From contig JBGCEP010000067.1 of assembly GCA_045106415.1 (NCBI GenBank), forward strand, positions 1-48,367: 48,367 nucleotides of DNA, in the 5' to 3' direction. Every line of letters starts with the position of its first letter. The first letter of the stretch is position 1. Below, piece after piece: positions 36,721 through 47,436 of the stretch. Under the pieces are notes generated by a model. The model ran no database searches, was not told where the DNA came from, and saw only the letters and a program-made list of their open reading frames with translations. A program made the translations under genes and the position numbers. This DNA comes from Oligoflexales bacterium. GTDB lineage: Bacteria; Bdellovibrionota_B; Oligoflexia; Oligoflexales; Bog-1112.

Positions 36721-38466
36721 ATGAACACAACACGCAAAGATCTTCAACAATGGGTTGCACAAGTTGCTGCCTTAACAAAACCAGAGCGCATTCAATGGTG
36801 CGACGGCTCTGAAGAAGAATATCAGTCCCTTATTGACCTCATGCTTAAAGATGGTCAGCTCACTAAACTCAACCAAGACACTTATCCTGGCTGTTACCTG
36901 CATAGATCAGATCCGAATGATGTTGCACGCACAGAGCACCTTACTTTTGTGTGTACAGAAGATAAAAATGACGTTGGCTCAAACAACAACTGGATGTCTC
37001 CTCCACAAGGGCATGAGCGTGCAGATAAACTGTTTGACGGTGCAATGCAAGGAAGAACGATGTATGTCCTTCCTTACTGCATGGGCCCTCTCGACTCTCC
37101 TCATGCACGTTGTGGTGTTGAAATCACAGATAGTGCGTATGTCGCAGTGAACATGAAGATCATGACACGTATGGGTGCACAGGCTCTTAAACGTATCGAA
37201 GAGAAAAAAGAAGATTTTGTAAAAGGGCTTCACAGCACTGGTGATCTCAACATCGAAAACAGACTCATTCTTCACTTCCCAGAAGAGCTTGCTATTAAAA
37301 GTATTGGGTCAGGATACGGAGGAAATGCTCTTCTTGGTAAAAAATGTCACGCACTCCGCATCGGCAGCTACCAAGCTCGTCAAGAGGGTTGGCTCGCTGA
37401 GCATATGCTCATTGTTGGTATCGAAAACCCTAAGGGCGAAGTCCATTATGTCGCTGCAGCGTTTCCTTCTGCGTGTGGCAAAACCAACCTCGCTATGCTG
37501 ATTCCTCCAGAAAGCCATAAGGGCTGGAAGATCTGGACTGTTGGTGATGATATTGCTTGGATTCATCCTCATACTGACGGCCGCCTTTATGCCATCAACC
37601 CAGAAGCTGGTTTTTTTGGAGTTGTTCCTGGAACATCATCAAAAACAAACCCAAATGCTATGAGCATGATTCAAAAAGACACAATCTTTACTAACGTCGC
37701 TGTGACAGAAAACAATGAGCCTTGGTGGGAAGGAAAAGACAACGAAACTCCAGTCACAGATTGGCAAGGTCGTTCATATGAAGCTTCCCGTGGGCCTGCA
37801 GCACACCCAAATGCTCGCTTTACTGTCTCTGCAAAAAATTGCCCTTCATATAGTCAAGAAGCGGAAGCTCCTGCTGGTGTCCCTCTTTCCGCAATTATTT
37901 TTGGTGGCCGCAGAAAAGACTCTGTACCTCTCGTTCAAGAAGCTCTGAGCTGGGAGCACGGAGTGCTTCTAGGCGCATCGGTTGCATCAGAGACAACAGC
38001 TGCTGCAACAGGTGCTGTTGGAGTTGTACGACACGACCCAATGGCCATGAAACCGTTCTGTGGATACAGTTTTGGTGCTTATTGGAATCACTGGCTCAGT
38101 TTTTCAAAAGAATCAGCAAATTTACCAAAAATCTTCCATGTAAACTGGTTTCGACAAGACCAAGATGGAAAATTTATGTGGCCAGGCTTTGGCGAGAATA
38201 TTCGCGTCCTTCGCTGGATTCTTGAAAGAACTGCTGGTAAAGGAGAGGCTGTCCATACACCAATTGGGAACGTTCCTGCTCCAGAATCCCTCGACATCAA
38301 GGGGCTTGACCTCAGTGGCGATACTCTAAAATCTCTTTTAACTGTTGATAAAAAAGCATGGGCAAAAGAGATGAGTGAGATGGGGGATTATCTCAAAGGT
38401 TTTGGAGAAGACGTTCCAGCAAATCTTCTCTCTGCTCACAAAACTATTGTGAATGAATTAAGCTAA
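36721..38466 (+). CDS. pckG: GTP-dependent phosphoenolpyruvate carboxykinase
   Basis: GSGYGGNALLGKKC, WLAEHM, AFPSACGKTNLAM, VGDDIAW, HPNARF, IFGGRR, DPMAM.PFCGY. Confidence 0.97.
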   Translation: MNTTRKDLQQWVAQVAALTKPERIQWCDGSEEEYQSLIDLMLKDGQLTKLNQDTYPGCYLHRSDPNDVARTEHLTFVCTEDKNDVGSNNNWMSPPQGHERADKLFDGAMQGRTMYVLPYCMGPLDSPHARCGVEITDSAYVAVNMKIMTRMGAQALKRIEEKKEDFVKGLHSTGDLNIENRLILHFPEELAIKSIGSGYGGNALLGKKCHALRIGSYQARQEGWLAEHMLIVGIENPKGEVHYVAAAFPSACGKTNLAMLIPPESHKGWKIWTVGDDIAWIHPHTDGRLYAINPEAGFFGVVPGTSSKTNPNAMSMIQKDTIFTNVAVTENNEPWWEGKDNETPVTDWQGRSYEASRGPAAHPNARFTVSAKNCPSYSQEAEAPAGVPLSAIIFGGRRKDSVPLVQEALSWEHGVLLGASVASETTAAATGAVGVVRHDPMAMKPFCGYSFGAYWNHWLSFSKESANLPKIFHVNWFRQDQDGKFMWPGFGENIRVLRWILERTAGKGEAVHTPIGNVPAPESLDIKGLDLSGDTLKSLLTVDKKAWAKEMSEMGDYLKGFGEDVPANLLSAHKTIVNELS

Positions 38467-38480
38467 ATATATTTTAATTA

Positions 38481-38524
38481 AAACATTGATGGAGCCTTCT
38501 ATCTATAAGGCTCCATCAATGTTT
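38481..38524. terminator. Perfect 18-bp hairpin, bidirectional terminator
   Basis: AAACATTGATGGAGCCTT-CTATCTAT-AAGGCTCCATCAATGTTT between convergent genes. Confidence 0.85.
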
Positions 38525-38538
38525 ATAAAATTCAGATT

Positions 38539-39918
38539 TTACTCAAAAATCTTACCTGGATTTAAAAGGTTTTGTGGATCAAACATCAATTTGATTTTCT
38601 TCATCCACTCCATCTCAATATCCGTTCTTGAAAAAAAGAGGTCCTCTCTTTTTAAAAGCCCAATCCCATGTTCCGCGCTAATACTTCCTTGAAGATTTTT
38701 AAGCTCTTTAAAAACCTCAAGTTCAAGCTCCCGGACATGTTCCTTAAAAATATCAAAATCAAGCTCTTTTGAACCCACATAATTAATATGAATATTTCCA
38801 TCCCCGATATGGCCAAAAAGCACCATACGGACATAATTCTGAGCTTGCGATAAAGATTCAACGCGAGAAATCAAAGCTGGGAGTTGACTTAAAACAACGC
38901 TGACGTCATTTTTATGAACACGCCCAGCACACGCAACACTTTCCGTAATGCTTTCTCTTAATGCCCATAGCTGTTGATACTCAGTTTCAGATGAAGCCAT
39001 AACTCCATCTATAAGCCATTCTTCTTCAAAACCTTTCTCCATTACAGTTTGTAATTTTTCTGAATCTTCAGCCTCGAGCAAAACATAAAAAGGACTGCGC
39101 GTTGCAAATGGTGTTTTTAAACGATGACTTTGAAACTCTAAGGTAATTTCATGGGCCTCTTGTGTAAAAAATTCAAATGCAGACAAGTGCAATTTTTCTG
39201 CATGACATAATTGCAAGAGTTTTAAAATATCTTCAAACCGATGAACTCCAAGACACACAAGTTGTGGGTCCCCAGGAGGCAAAACAAGACGAAGAGTTGC
39301 TTTCGTAATAATGCCAAGTGTGCCTTCAGATCCTATGAATAGGTTTTGAAGATCATAACCTGTATTATTTTTTCGCAAACCATGACCCATTTCTAGAACA
39401 CGACCATCAGCAAGGACAACTTCAAGACCTAGAACTTGTTCTTTAGCCCCTCCGTGAGCAATAAATTTTAGCCCTCCTGCATTCGTGGCTAAATTGCCTC
39501 CAATATGACAACTCCCTTTAGCAGCAAGATCAAGCGGGAACATTAAGCCACATTCTTGTGCGCTCTCTTGAGCTCGCTGAGTTTTTACACCTGCCCCCAC
39601 TTCAATAGTCATATCGATGGGATCAACACGATAAATCGTGTCCATTTTCTCAAGGGACAACACAAGGTCTTCACCTAAAGACACAGCCCCTCCAGCAAGA
39701 CCGGTACGCCCACCGCTAGGGACAACTGAGATACCATGAGCCGAACAAACTTTTAAAAGATCACTCACCTGCGCTGTCGAGACCGGGTATGCAACAGCTA
39801 AAGGCGTCCCCTTCGTCATCCCTGTCCAATCAGTTGCAACAGCACAACGTTCTTGCTCATCAAGCTGGATAACAATATCCAATTTATCTAAATCTTTTAA
39901 AAATTTTTCATGGCTCAT
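38539..39918 (-). CDS. FAD-linked oxidase, D-2-hydroxyacid (D-2-hydroxyglutarate/D-lactate) dehydrogenase family
   Basis: PSGGRTGLAGG, GGNLATNAGG, RKNNTGYDL..LFIGSEGTLGIIT, FGHIGDGNIH, SAEHGIG, DP..LLNPGK. Confidence 0.92.
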   Translation of the reverse strand: MSHEKFLKDLDKLDIVIQLDEQERCAVATDWTGMTKGTPLAVAYPVSTAQVSDLLKVCSAHGISVVPSGGRTGLAGGAVSLGEDLVLSLEKMDTIYRVDPIDMTIEVGAGVKTQRAQESAQECGLMFPLDLAAKGSCHIGGNLATNAGGLKFIAHGGAKEQVLGLEVVLADGRVLEMGHGLRKNNTGYDLQNLFIGSEGTLGIITKATLRLVLPPGDPQLVCLGVHRFEDILKLLQLCHAEKLHLSAFEFFTQEAHEITLEFQSHRLKTPFATRSPFYVLLEAEDSEKLQTVMEKGFEEEWLIDGVMASSETEYQQLWALRESITESVACAGRVHKNDVSVVLSQLPALISRVESLSQAQNYVRMVLFGHIGDGNIHINYVGSKELDFDIFKEHVRELELEVFKELKNLQGSISAEHGIGLLKREDLFFSRTDIEMEWMKKIKLMFDPQNLLNPGKIFE

Positions 39919-39932
39919 AGCTGCCCTCTCTC

Positions 39933-42176
39933 TTATAAACTTTGATGCGCTGTCACATAAATCATATTCGTAATTTCCGTAACAGAGGCTCCTCTTTGCA
40001 TAATATTTGCAGGTTTATTCAAACCGACCAATACAGGGCCTGTGAGCTCTGCATGAGCCATACGACTCAAAAGTTTATAAGCAATATTAGAAGAACTAAG
40101 ATCTGGGAAAACCAGCACGTTTGCATCACCGTCAAGATCACAAAATGGAAATTCACGACTTCGCAGTGTCTGATCTAAAGCAACATCAGCCTGCATTTCC
40201 CCATCAACATTTAAATTAGGAGCCCGTTTTCTTACCAACTGAACAGCATCTGCAACTTTCCTTGCTTTAGGGTGAGGAGATACGCCAAAACTTGCATAAC
40301 TCAACATAGCGACGCGAATAGGCTCTTGCAAATATTTTTCCGCAGTTTCTGCTGCTGCAATGGCAATCGAAGCAAGTTGTTCTGCTGTAGGATCAATATG
40401 AATTGTACAGTCCGCAAAAACTTTCATAACACCATCTAAAACGACAAGATAAACACCTGCTAACACACCGCCATCAGAAGAGCGTATCACTTGCAAAATC
40501 GGACGCGAAGAACTTCGATAGTCTCTTGTCACTCCATTCAACATCCCATCTGCATGACCTAATCGCACCATCACAGCTGCAAAGTAATCAGGATCTGTAA
40601 TCACATGTTCAGCCATAGGGCGCGAAACTCCCGCCCTTTGTCGCCAATTATAAAGAGCTTCAGCATACTCCGAGCGCTTCGGTGAATGGTGTGGATCAAT
40701 CACCTCAATTCCTTGAAGACTCACATCATGAACTGAAGCTTCATGCTCTATACGCTCACGATTTCCAACGAGACTCACACGCACATCATCACGACAGACT
40801 TCACGAACAGCTTTTAAAACCCTTTGGTCTGGATCCGACGTTACGATAATATGAGGGACACACTGACTGGCTCGTATTTTCTTCCTCAGATCTCTGATAA
40901 TACGTCGTGTTGATCCTAAAATACGTTCCACTCGCTCTTCATATTCATCCATATCGACTTGAATACGAGCGACACCTGAATTCATAGCAGCTTGCACAAC
41001 AGCTGGTGCTACTTTAAGCAAAACACGTTGATCAACTGGCTTTGGAATCAGATAGTCTTTCCCAAATGAATAACGAGCTGTTGAGGAGTAAGCTTGTACA
41101 ACATCCTCTGGAACATCTTCATGGGTTAAATCTGCAATCGCTCTTACAGCAGCTAAAACCATTTCATCATTAATTGTTGTTGCTCGTGCATCTAATGCCC
41201 CTCGAAAAATATACGGAAACCCCAGAACATTATTCACTTGATTAGGATAATCTGATCGGCCTGTTGCAATGATCACATCACTGCGGACAGCTTTGGCTTC
41301 ATCTGGTGTAATTTCAGGATCTGGATTTGCAAGCGCAAACACAATCGGATCTTTCGCCATAGATTTCAACATCTCAGGCTTTAAAGCTCCCGCAGTAGAA
41401 ACCCCTAAAAAAGCATCAGCATTCACAAGTGCTTCTTCCATGGTTCGCATAGAAGTTTCAACAGCAAAACGCATCTTATATGGGTTTAAATCATTCCTTC
41501 CCGAATGAATAACACCTTTACTATCACACATGACAAGGTTCTCATCTGGAATTCCTAATTTACGAAACAAGTTGGCACAACCAATTGCAGCAGCTCCAGC
41601 TCCACAAATCACCATCCGAACATGATCAATCGTTCTATCTGTTAGCTTTAATGCATTTAAAAATGCAGCAGCAGCAATAATTGCAGTCCCATGTTGGTCA
41701 TCATGAAAAACTGGTATGTTCATGCGTTTTCGAAGAGTTTCTTCAATATAAAAACACTCTGGCGCTTTAATATCTTCAAGGTTAATACCCCCAAAAGTAG
41801 GCTCCAATGTTTGCACAACCTGAATAAATTGATCTGGATCAGTTGCATCAACTTCAAGATCAAATACATCAATATCTGCAAATTTTTTAAAAAGAACAGC
41901 CTTTCCTTCCATCACTGGTTTTGCAGCCCAAGCTCCGATAGCTCCTAAACCCAAAACAGCTGTCCCATTTGTAATCACACCAACTTGATTGCCGCGAGCT
42001 GTATATCGAAAAGAGTCATCAACATTTTTTTCGATCTCTCGACAAGGACCTGCGACTCCTGGGGAATAGGCAATTGATAAATCAGTTTGTGAATTCAAAG
42101 GCTTTGTTGCTTTAATAGACAGTTTTCCCGCAGGAGCTCTCTCATGATATTCCAGAGCTATCTTTTCATAATCCAT
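39933..42176 (-). CDS. maeB: NADP-dependent malic enzyme with C-terminal phosphotransacetylase-like domain
   Basis: [52 protein letters not shown] domain VDGEMQAD...ANVLVFPDL...NIAYK; start probably 42176. Confidence 0.96.
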   Translation of the reverse strand: MDYEKIALEYHERAPAGKLSIKATKPLNSQTDLSIAYSPGVAGPCREIEKNVDDSFRYTARGNQVGVITNGTAVLGLGAIGAWAAKPVMEGKAVLFKKFADIDVFDLEVDATDPDQFIQVVQTLEPTFGGINLEDIKAPECFYIEETLRKRMNIPVFHDDQHGTAIIAAAAFLNALKLTDRTIDHVRMVICGAGAAAIGCANLFRKLGIPDENLVMCDSKGVIHSGRNDLNPYKMRFAVETSMRTMEEALVNADAFLGVSTAGALKPEMLKSMAKDPIVFALANPDPEITPDEAKAVRSDVIIATGRSDYPNQVNNVLGFPYIFRGALDARATTINDEMVLAAVRAIADLTHEDVPEDVVQAYSSTARYSFGKDYLIPKPVDQRVLLKVAPAVVQAAMNSGVARIQVDMDEYEERVERILGSTRRIIRDLRKKIRASQCVPHIIVTSDPDQRVLKAVREVCRDDVRVSLVGNRERIEHEASVHDVSLQGIEVIDPHHSPKRSEYAEALYNWRQRAGVSRPMAEHVITDPDYFAAVMVRLGHADGMLNGVTRDYRSSSRPILQVIRSSDGGVLAGVYLVVLDGVMKVFADCTIHIDPTAEQLASIAIAAAETAEKYLQEPIRVAMLSYASFGVSPHPKARKVADAVQLVRKRAPNLNVDGEMQADVALDQTLRSREFPFCDLDGDANVLVFPDLSSSNIAYKLLSRMAHAELTGPVLVGLNKPANIMQRGASVTEITNMIYVTAHQSL

Positions 42177-42243
42177 ACCAATCCTTCTCATATTCCAAGT
42201 TTTCTTAAGTGACTACGCCAACATCAAATAGCTATACAGTCGC

Positions 42244-43653
42244 CTAAAGATAAGTCATTAATTCTCGAAGACCTGTATCCTGTATTTTTCTCAAATTCAC
42301 AAGCGCTTGTGATCTCGACCCTTTACTCCCTTTTTGCAAAACAGCAAAAGCCACCAAACCATGCCTAGGGTGTTGAAAGTATCCCGCTAACGAGGACACA
42401 ACGTCTGGCTCTGTCAGTGTACCAGTCTTCGCTCGAATTTTTCCTTCCTCTCGCTCTAAAAATCGATCTTTTAAAGTCCCACTTCGCGCTGACGCTGGTA
42501 AAGATGCCAGATACTCAGGGAAAATCTCAGGTTTTTTTGACATATATCTTAGCACTTGCACGATTTGATTTGATGACAATTGATTTTTTACACTCAAGCC
42601 TGAGCCATCATCTAATTGGACCTTACTTGCAATCCCCACGCGGTGCCTTAAAAAATCTTCAACAACCTTGACTCCTTTACTTGAGTCTTTCGCAACAATA
42701 AAACCAAGATTCGAAATCAAAACATCAGCAATATAATTACTTGAATGAAGATTTAAACTTTTCACTAAAGATCCAAGCTCCTTACTTGTATGTTTATATA
42801 AAGCATGAGCAGTCGATGGAACTCGACCCGCAAGAACAGGTCCTTCAATAATAACACCTGACTTCTGAAAAAAAGATCTCACAAATTCACCACTGGTTTG
42901 CACAGGATCATGCACAGAGCGATAAAACTTTTTCAAACGATGACCGACTGCAACGTGTCCGCGAACATGCAAACGTGAACGCCCATTTTTCAAGCTTTCT
43001 CTCCAAACTTTTAATTGCGTCTTACGCCTGCTCGTCAAAACATGATTTCTAATTTCAACCGCTTGAGAAGGGTAGGGGTCAAGATGCACAACAGCTTTCT
43101 TTCCAACACTTTCTCCCGGAGAAACCGCGATTGCTACAGTATTAAAATTCACACCAAAAGCACTAATAGGAGCATCCCAAGCGTGCTCAGATTTTTTAAG
43201 ACCAGACCTTCTCGACTCATCGTGAGAGTCATTTTGAAATCGATCATTATCAATCACAATCTTCCCTGTAAAACGACGAATGCCTTTATGATGTATGTCG
43301 GCAGCAATTTGCCATAAGTTTTCAGAAACCAACTGCGGATCACCACCGCCTCTAATGAACAAATCTCCATGAACCACACCTGCGCGCAATTGCCCAGTAT
43401 AAAAAAATTCAGTTTCAAACTTACGATTCGGCCCTAACAACTCCAGTAAAGCAGCTGTCGTCATTAATTTTGTTACAGAAGCAGGCGTCATCAATTGATC
43501 TGCCTTGGATTGATAAAGCGTATGTCCATCAGAGACTCTTTGAACAACAACAGACGCATCATCTACAGACCTAGACTGAAAAAAACTTTGTGATGGCTTC
43601 CCCCATAAGGCTTGAAAATAAATAGATAACACCAAAAAAACCCATGTCTTCAT
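42244..43653 (-). CDS. dacB: D-Ala-D-Ala carboxypeptidase/endopeptidase PBP4 (peptidase S13)
   Basis: PASVTK (SxxK), GGGDP, SSN (SxN), DGSGLS, AKTGTL (KTG); signal peptide. Confidence 0.94.
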   Translation of the reverse strand: MKTWVFLVLSIYFQALWGKPSQSFFQSRSVDDASVVVQRVSDGHTLYQSKADQLMTPASVTKLMTTAALLELLGPNRKFETEFFYTGQLRAGVVHGDLFIRGGGDPQLVSENLWQIAADIHHKGIRRFTGKIVIDNDRFQNDSHDESRRSGLKKSEHAWDAPISAFGVNFNTVAIAVSPGESVGKKAVVHLDPYPSQAVEIRNHVLTSRRKTQLKVWRESLKNGRSRLHVRGHVAVGHRLKKFYRSVHDPVQTSGEFVRSFFQKSGVIIEGPVLAGRVPSTAHALYKHTSKELGSLVKSLNLHSSNYIADVLISNLGFIVAKDSSKGVKVVEDFLRHRVGIASKVQLDDGSGLSVKNQLSSNQIVQVLRYMSKKPEIFPEYLASLPASARSGTLKDRFLEREEGKIRAKTGTLTEPDVVSSLAGYFQHPRHGLVAFAVLQKGSKGSRSQALVNLRKIQDTGLRELMTYL

Positions 43654-43732
43654 GTTTGCCTCCTTCAGATGTTCGATGACAGATCCCCCCTAGAACGTTA
43701 TGATGCTGTTCTCGTTTTTAGGAGATCTCGCC

Positions 43733-44665
43733 ATGGAAAAAGTTACTATTATTGGCACAGGCCCTGCTGGGCTAACTGCCGCAATCTATACAGCTCGCGC
43801 TGGGCTCAAACCCCTTATTTTTGGAGGGCATGAGCCAGGTGGACAGCTTACAACAACAACAGAGGTTGAAAATTTCCCTGGCTTTGCTGAGGGTATCATG
43901 GGTCCACAACTGATGCTTGATATGACAAAACAAGCAGAACGTGTAGGGGCTCGTGTCCGCAATGAATATGTTGATCGTTTCGATCTTTCCAAAAAACCCG
44001 TCCAGATGTGGATCGGAGATGAAAAAATTGAAACAGATACGCTGATTATAGCAACTGGAGCCACAGCCAAAACACTTGGCCTTCCTATGGAAAAAGAGCT
44101 GATGGGAAAAGGCATCTCAACTTGCGCAACATGTGATGGATTTTTCTTTCGCAATAAAGATGTCATGGTTGTTGGCGGCGGAGACTCCGCTATGGAAGAA
44201 GCCACATACCTTGCTCGTATTTGCCGCAAAGTCTATCTAGTCCATCGGCGTTCTGAATTCAAAGCCTCTAAAATCATGTTGGAACGCGCACAGTCCACTG
44301 AGAACATAGAATTTCTCGTTCCCTGGACGCCCGTCACTCCTCTTGCAGATGCTACTGGCTTAACAGGCGTAGAGCTTTGCAACACAGAAACACAAGAGAC
44401 AAAATCTTTAAAAGTCGACGGTCTCTTCTACGGCATTGGTCACCAACCAAACTCGGCAATGTTTAAACCATGGGTTGAAACTGACACACACGGCTATATT
44501 CACACTACACAGAATGTAAACACAAACGTACCTGGTGTCTTTGCTGCTGGCGATATTGCTGATCCACTTTATAAACAAGCCATTACCGCAGCAGGTATGG
44601 GTTGCCAAGCAGCTCTTCAAGCATCAAGATACTTAGAAGAAAATGAAAGCCTTACGCACAAATAA
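43733..44665 (+). CDS. trxB: Thioredoxin-disulfide reductase
   Basis: IIGTGPAGLTAAIY, GGQL, CATCDG active site, VVGGGDSAMEEA, FAAGD; ATG 43733 after AGGAG. Confidence 0.97.
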   Translation: MEKVTIIGTGPAGLTAAIYTARAGLKPLIFGGHEPGGQLTTTTEVENFPGFAEGIMGPQLMLDMTKQAERVGARVRNEYVDRFDLSKKPVQMWIGDEKIETDTLIIATGATAKTLGLPMEKELMGKGISTCATCDGFFFRNKDVMVVGGGDSAMEEATYLARICRKVYLVHRRSEFKASKIMLERAQSTENIEFLVPWTPVTPLADATGLTGVELCNTETQETKSLKVDGLFYGIGHQPNSAMFKPWVETDTHGYIHTTQNVNTNVPGVFAAGDIADPLYKQAITAAGMGCQAALQASRYLEENESLTHK

Positions 44666-44674
44666 GGAATCCTT

Positions 44675-45820
44675 ATGAGTTGGTTCACATCTTTGTGGTC
44701 AAAATCACGTCAAGCCTCACCACCTCAAGAGCAAGAGGTGCGAGAAGTCTTAAAACAGCTTTCTATTCTGCAAGCTCCAGTAGGCCGCGACAGTATACAC
44801 TCCCTCAATATTAGCGGGAATAAGGTACACATTAAGCTGCAAAGTAAACCTATTGTGCCAAGAGCCAGGCTTGAACGAGCGTGTATTGAAGCTATTCAAA
44901 GTCTCCCAAGTCATCCAGAAGTTATCGTCGACCTTGACATGATTGAACTTAAAAAAACTTCGCCTACTGCAAGCTCATCTCCATCAAAAAAGACTGCGCC
45001 TCAAACAAATCACAATCTCAGTCAAATTTCGAACATCATCGCTGTGGCTTCTGGCAAAGGTGGTGTTGGCAAGTCAACCACCACGGTTGGACTTGCTTTT
45101 GCACTCAAAGCTCAGGGCTATAAAGTTGGTATTGTTGACAGCGATATCTATGGACCTTCTATCCCCACCATGATGACTCTTGAGGTAGGGGCATCAATGG
45201 ACGGTGAAGAAATTATTCCCGCAAAATCTTCTGGTATTTCAGTGATTTCTATGGCTATGTTCGCTCAACCTGCAGCTGCGCAAATCATGCGAGGTCCTAT
45301 GGCTGGCAATATGGTTCGGCAGTTTCTCACTCAAGTCCAATGGGGGCAACTCGATTATCTTTTGATTGATTACCCACCTGGAACTGGAGACATTCAACTC
45401 ACGATCTCTCAGACTCTTCCCCTAACCGGCGCTGTTATGGTCACTACACCTCAGCAAGTTGCAATCAGTGACGTACAACGCGCAATGGATATGTTTAAAA
45501 CTTTAAAAGTTCCATTGTTAGGAATCCTCACAACCATGAGCTCCTTTGTTTGTGATGGGTGCGACAAACACCATAAAATTTTCTCAGGGCCTGGCGGTGA
45601 AGACATTGCAAAAGATAACCACATGGAGTTTTTAGGCAACATTCCTATCGACCCACAGATCGCACAAAGTGGAGATAGTGGATCACCTGTAGGCTTAGAG
45701 CACCCTGAAAGCCCAACATCAAAAGCTTATCTAGATATTGCACAATCTGTTGTACAGCAAGCACGACTCGCAGCACCACCTGTTGATGGGCTGCAGTCTT
45801 TCTCACTCACGTGGAGCTAA
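44675..45820 (+). CDS. apbC: Mrp/ApbC/NBP35 Fe-S cluster carrier ATPase
   Basis: AVASGKGGVGKST, D.DIYGPSIP, MRGPM, WG.LDYLLID.PPGTGD.QL, TTPQ, CDGC (CxxC). Confidence 0.92.
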   Translation: MSWFTSLWSKSRQASPPQEQEVREVLKQLSILQAPVGRDSIHSLNISGNKVHIKLQSKPIVPRARLERACIEAIQSLPSHPEVIVDLDMIELKKTSPTASSSPSKKTAPQTNHNLSQISNIIAVASGKGGVGKSTTTVGLAFALKAQGYKVGIVDSDIYGPSIPTMMTLEVGASMDGEEIIPAKSSGISVISMAMFAQPAAAQIMRGPMAGNMVRQFLTQVQWGQLDYLLIDYPPGTGDIQLTISQTLPLTGAVMVTTPQQVAISDVQRAMDMFKTLKVPLLGILTTMSSFVCDGCDKHHKIFSGPGGEDIAKDNHMEFLGNIPIDPQIAQSGDSGSPVGLEHPESPTSKAYLDIAQSVVQQARLAAPPVDGLQSFSLTWS

Positions 45821-45824
45821 ACTC

Positions 45825-46118
45825 ATGTCTTCTGTTGGCGTTAAAGAAATATGGCAAGTCGATGATCGAACTCTTGGCATTACCTGGACAGATCAAAAGG
45901 AACAGCATTTTGATGTGGTTGAACTTCGCAGACAATGCCCTTGTGCTCACTGCAAAGATGAGATGACAGGTGCACAAAAAGAATTCACAGTCCAGGAAAC
46001 CCTACGACCAAAGCATATTGCTTCTAACGGACGACATGCTCTCACAATTGAATTTGATGATGGTCATAAAACTGGGATTTATCTTTTTGAAAAGCTAAGA
46101 AATTTACCATCTTCTTAA
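45825..46118 (+). CDS. DUF971 (gamma-butyrobetaine hydroxylase N-terminal-like) metal-binding protein
   Basis: L.I.W.D....F....LR..CPCAHC...G.HAL.I.FDDGH.TGIY.F..LR; start ATG 45825. Confidence 0.9.
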   Translation: MSSVGVKEIWQVDDRTLGITWTDQKEQHFDVVELRRQCPCAHCKDEMTGAQKEFTVQETLRPKHIASNGRHALTIEFDDGHKTGIYLFEKLRNLPSS

Positions 46119-46137
46119 TAGGTTCACAGGGGTTCTA

Positions 46138-47436
46138 ATGCGTTTTTTGTGGTTTGTATTTTTTTCAACAGCTCTTTACGTAGAACCTACCTACGGTAGA
46201 AACCCTGCAACAACAGATTATTATCTCATTACAGCTGGACCGTCCGCAGGCTTGCATACTCAAGGGGGCCACGCTCTTTTGAGGGCTCATGATCTTTCCA
46301 CTGGAGAGGACGTGGTTTATAATTGGGGCACTTTTGATTTTGACGCCCCAAACTTCGAGTGGAAATTCTATCAAGGAAGTTTACTTTATCGAATGATGGT
46401 TCTTCCCACTCGTAGATGGCTTGCTAGTGATATGAGGCGCAATCCACGCTACACCTTACAAGACAAACTTAATCTCACTACACGGCAAAAAACAAAGCTC
46501 GAAGCAATACTGCAGTGGTGGAATCAACCAGAAAACAACCAATATCACTATCATATTTGGGCTAACAACTGCTCCACTAAAATCCGTGATATTTTAGATA
46601 AGATTCTTCAAGGGCAAATGCACGTAAAGTTTGAAAATAAGATCATTCATCAAACTTTCCGACATCTATGGCAACAAACCTTTGCTCACTGGAGTTCCAT
46701 TGTTTTCAGCGTCAACCTCACTCTTAACGCAAAAGCTGATCTTCCTATTTCCGAATGGGATCGTATGTTCATTCCGGAGTACATGAGGTTATCACTTTCT
46801 GAGATGCTTGCTGTTGACGACGAAGGCCACCTGACATCAGAACCTTTTTTGCTTCCACCAACAGTTCTTCTGGCTGATCAACCACCACAACTCCAACCTT
46901 ATAAACCCTGGGAATTTTGGATTAGTGCTATTTGGGCATTTTTAAGCACATTATGTGGCATTGTTATTTTTAAAAAGTGGAATCTCATACGCCGCCTCCT
47001 ACTCCCGGTGACAGCAATCAGTTGGGCTATTCCCTCAAGTGTTGTTGGCTCTCTGCTTATTCTAAATTCTCTTTTCACATCACGTGAGTATTTATTTTTT
47101 CCTGCAACTCTATGGCTTTTTTGGCCTATCGATTTCCTTTTTCTACTCGCGGTCCCTGCTTGGTTAAAAGGACAACTCCCTAATCACAATCGGGGATATG
47201 GAAAATTACTTTTTCTTCTTTGCAGAACTCACATGATCGCTCACTGCCTCTACCTCACTTTATGGCTTCTTCAAGTTATTGAATCTGACATTCAAGCTAT
47301 CGCAATGACGATGGCACCTGCCTCCCTTCTGATCATCGCAACTCTAGACCGATTAGGGTTGCGTTATCGAAATACGCAACCCTCCCAAGAGATTCTCTCT
47401 AAAATTAAGGAAGCTCAAAATGAATTCAAAAATTAG
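46138..47436 (+). CDS. DUF4105 protein (Lnb-like periplasmic domain plus C-terminal TMs)
   Basis: LIT.GP....GGHA.LR....D.VYNWG.FDF..PNF...F..G.L.Y, LNLT..Q, EN..Y.Y....NNCSTKIRD; about 4-5 C-terminal TMs. Confidence 0.8.
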   Translation: MRFLWFVFFSTALYVEPTYGRNPATTDYYLITAGPSAGLHTQGGHALLRAHDLSTGEDVVYNWGTFDFDAPNFEWKFYQGSLLYRMMVLPTRRWLASDMRRNPRYTLQDKLNLTTRQKTKLEAILQWWNQPENNQYHYHIWANNCSTKIRDILDKILQGQMHVKFENKIIHQTFRHLWQQTFAHWSSIVFSVNLTLNAKADLPISEWDRMFIPEYMRLSLSEMLAVDDEGHLTSEPFLLPPTVLLADQPPQLQPYKPWEFWISAIWAFLSTLCGIVIFKKWNLIRRLLLPVTAISWAIPSSVVGSLLILNSLFTSREYLFFPATLWLFWPIDFLFLLAVPAWLKGQLPNHNRGYGKLLFLLCRTHMIAHCLYLTLWLLQVIESDIQAIAMTMAPASLLIIATLDRLGLRYRNTQPSQEILSKIKEAQNEFKN

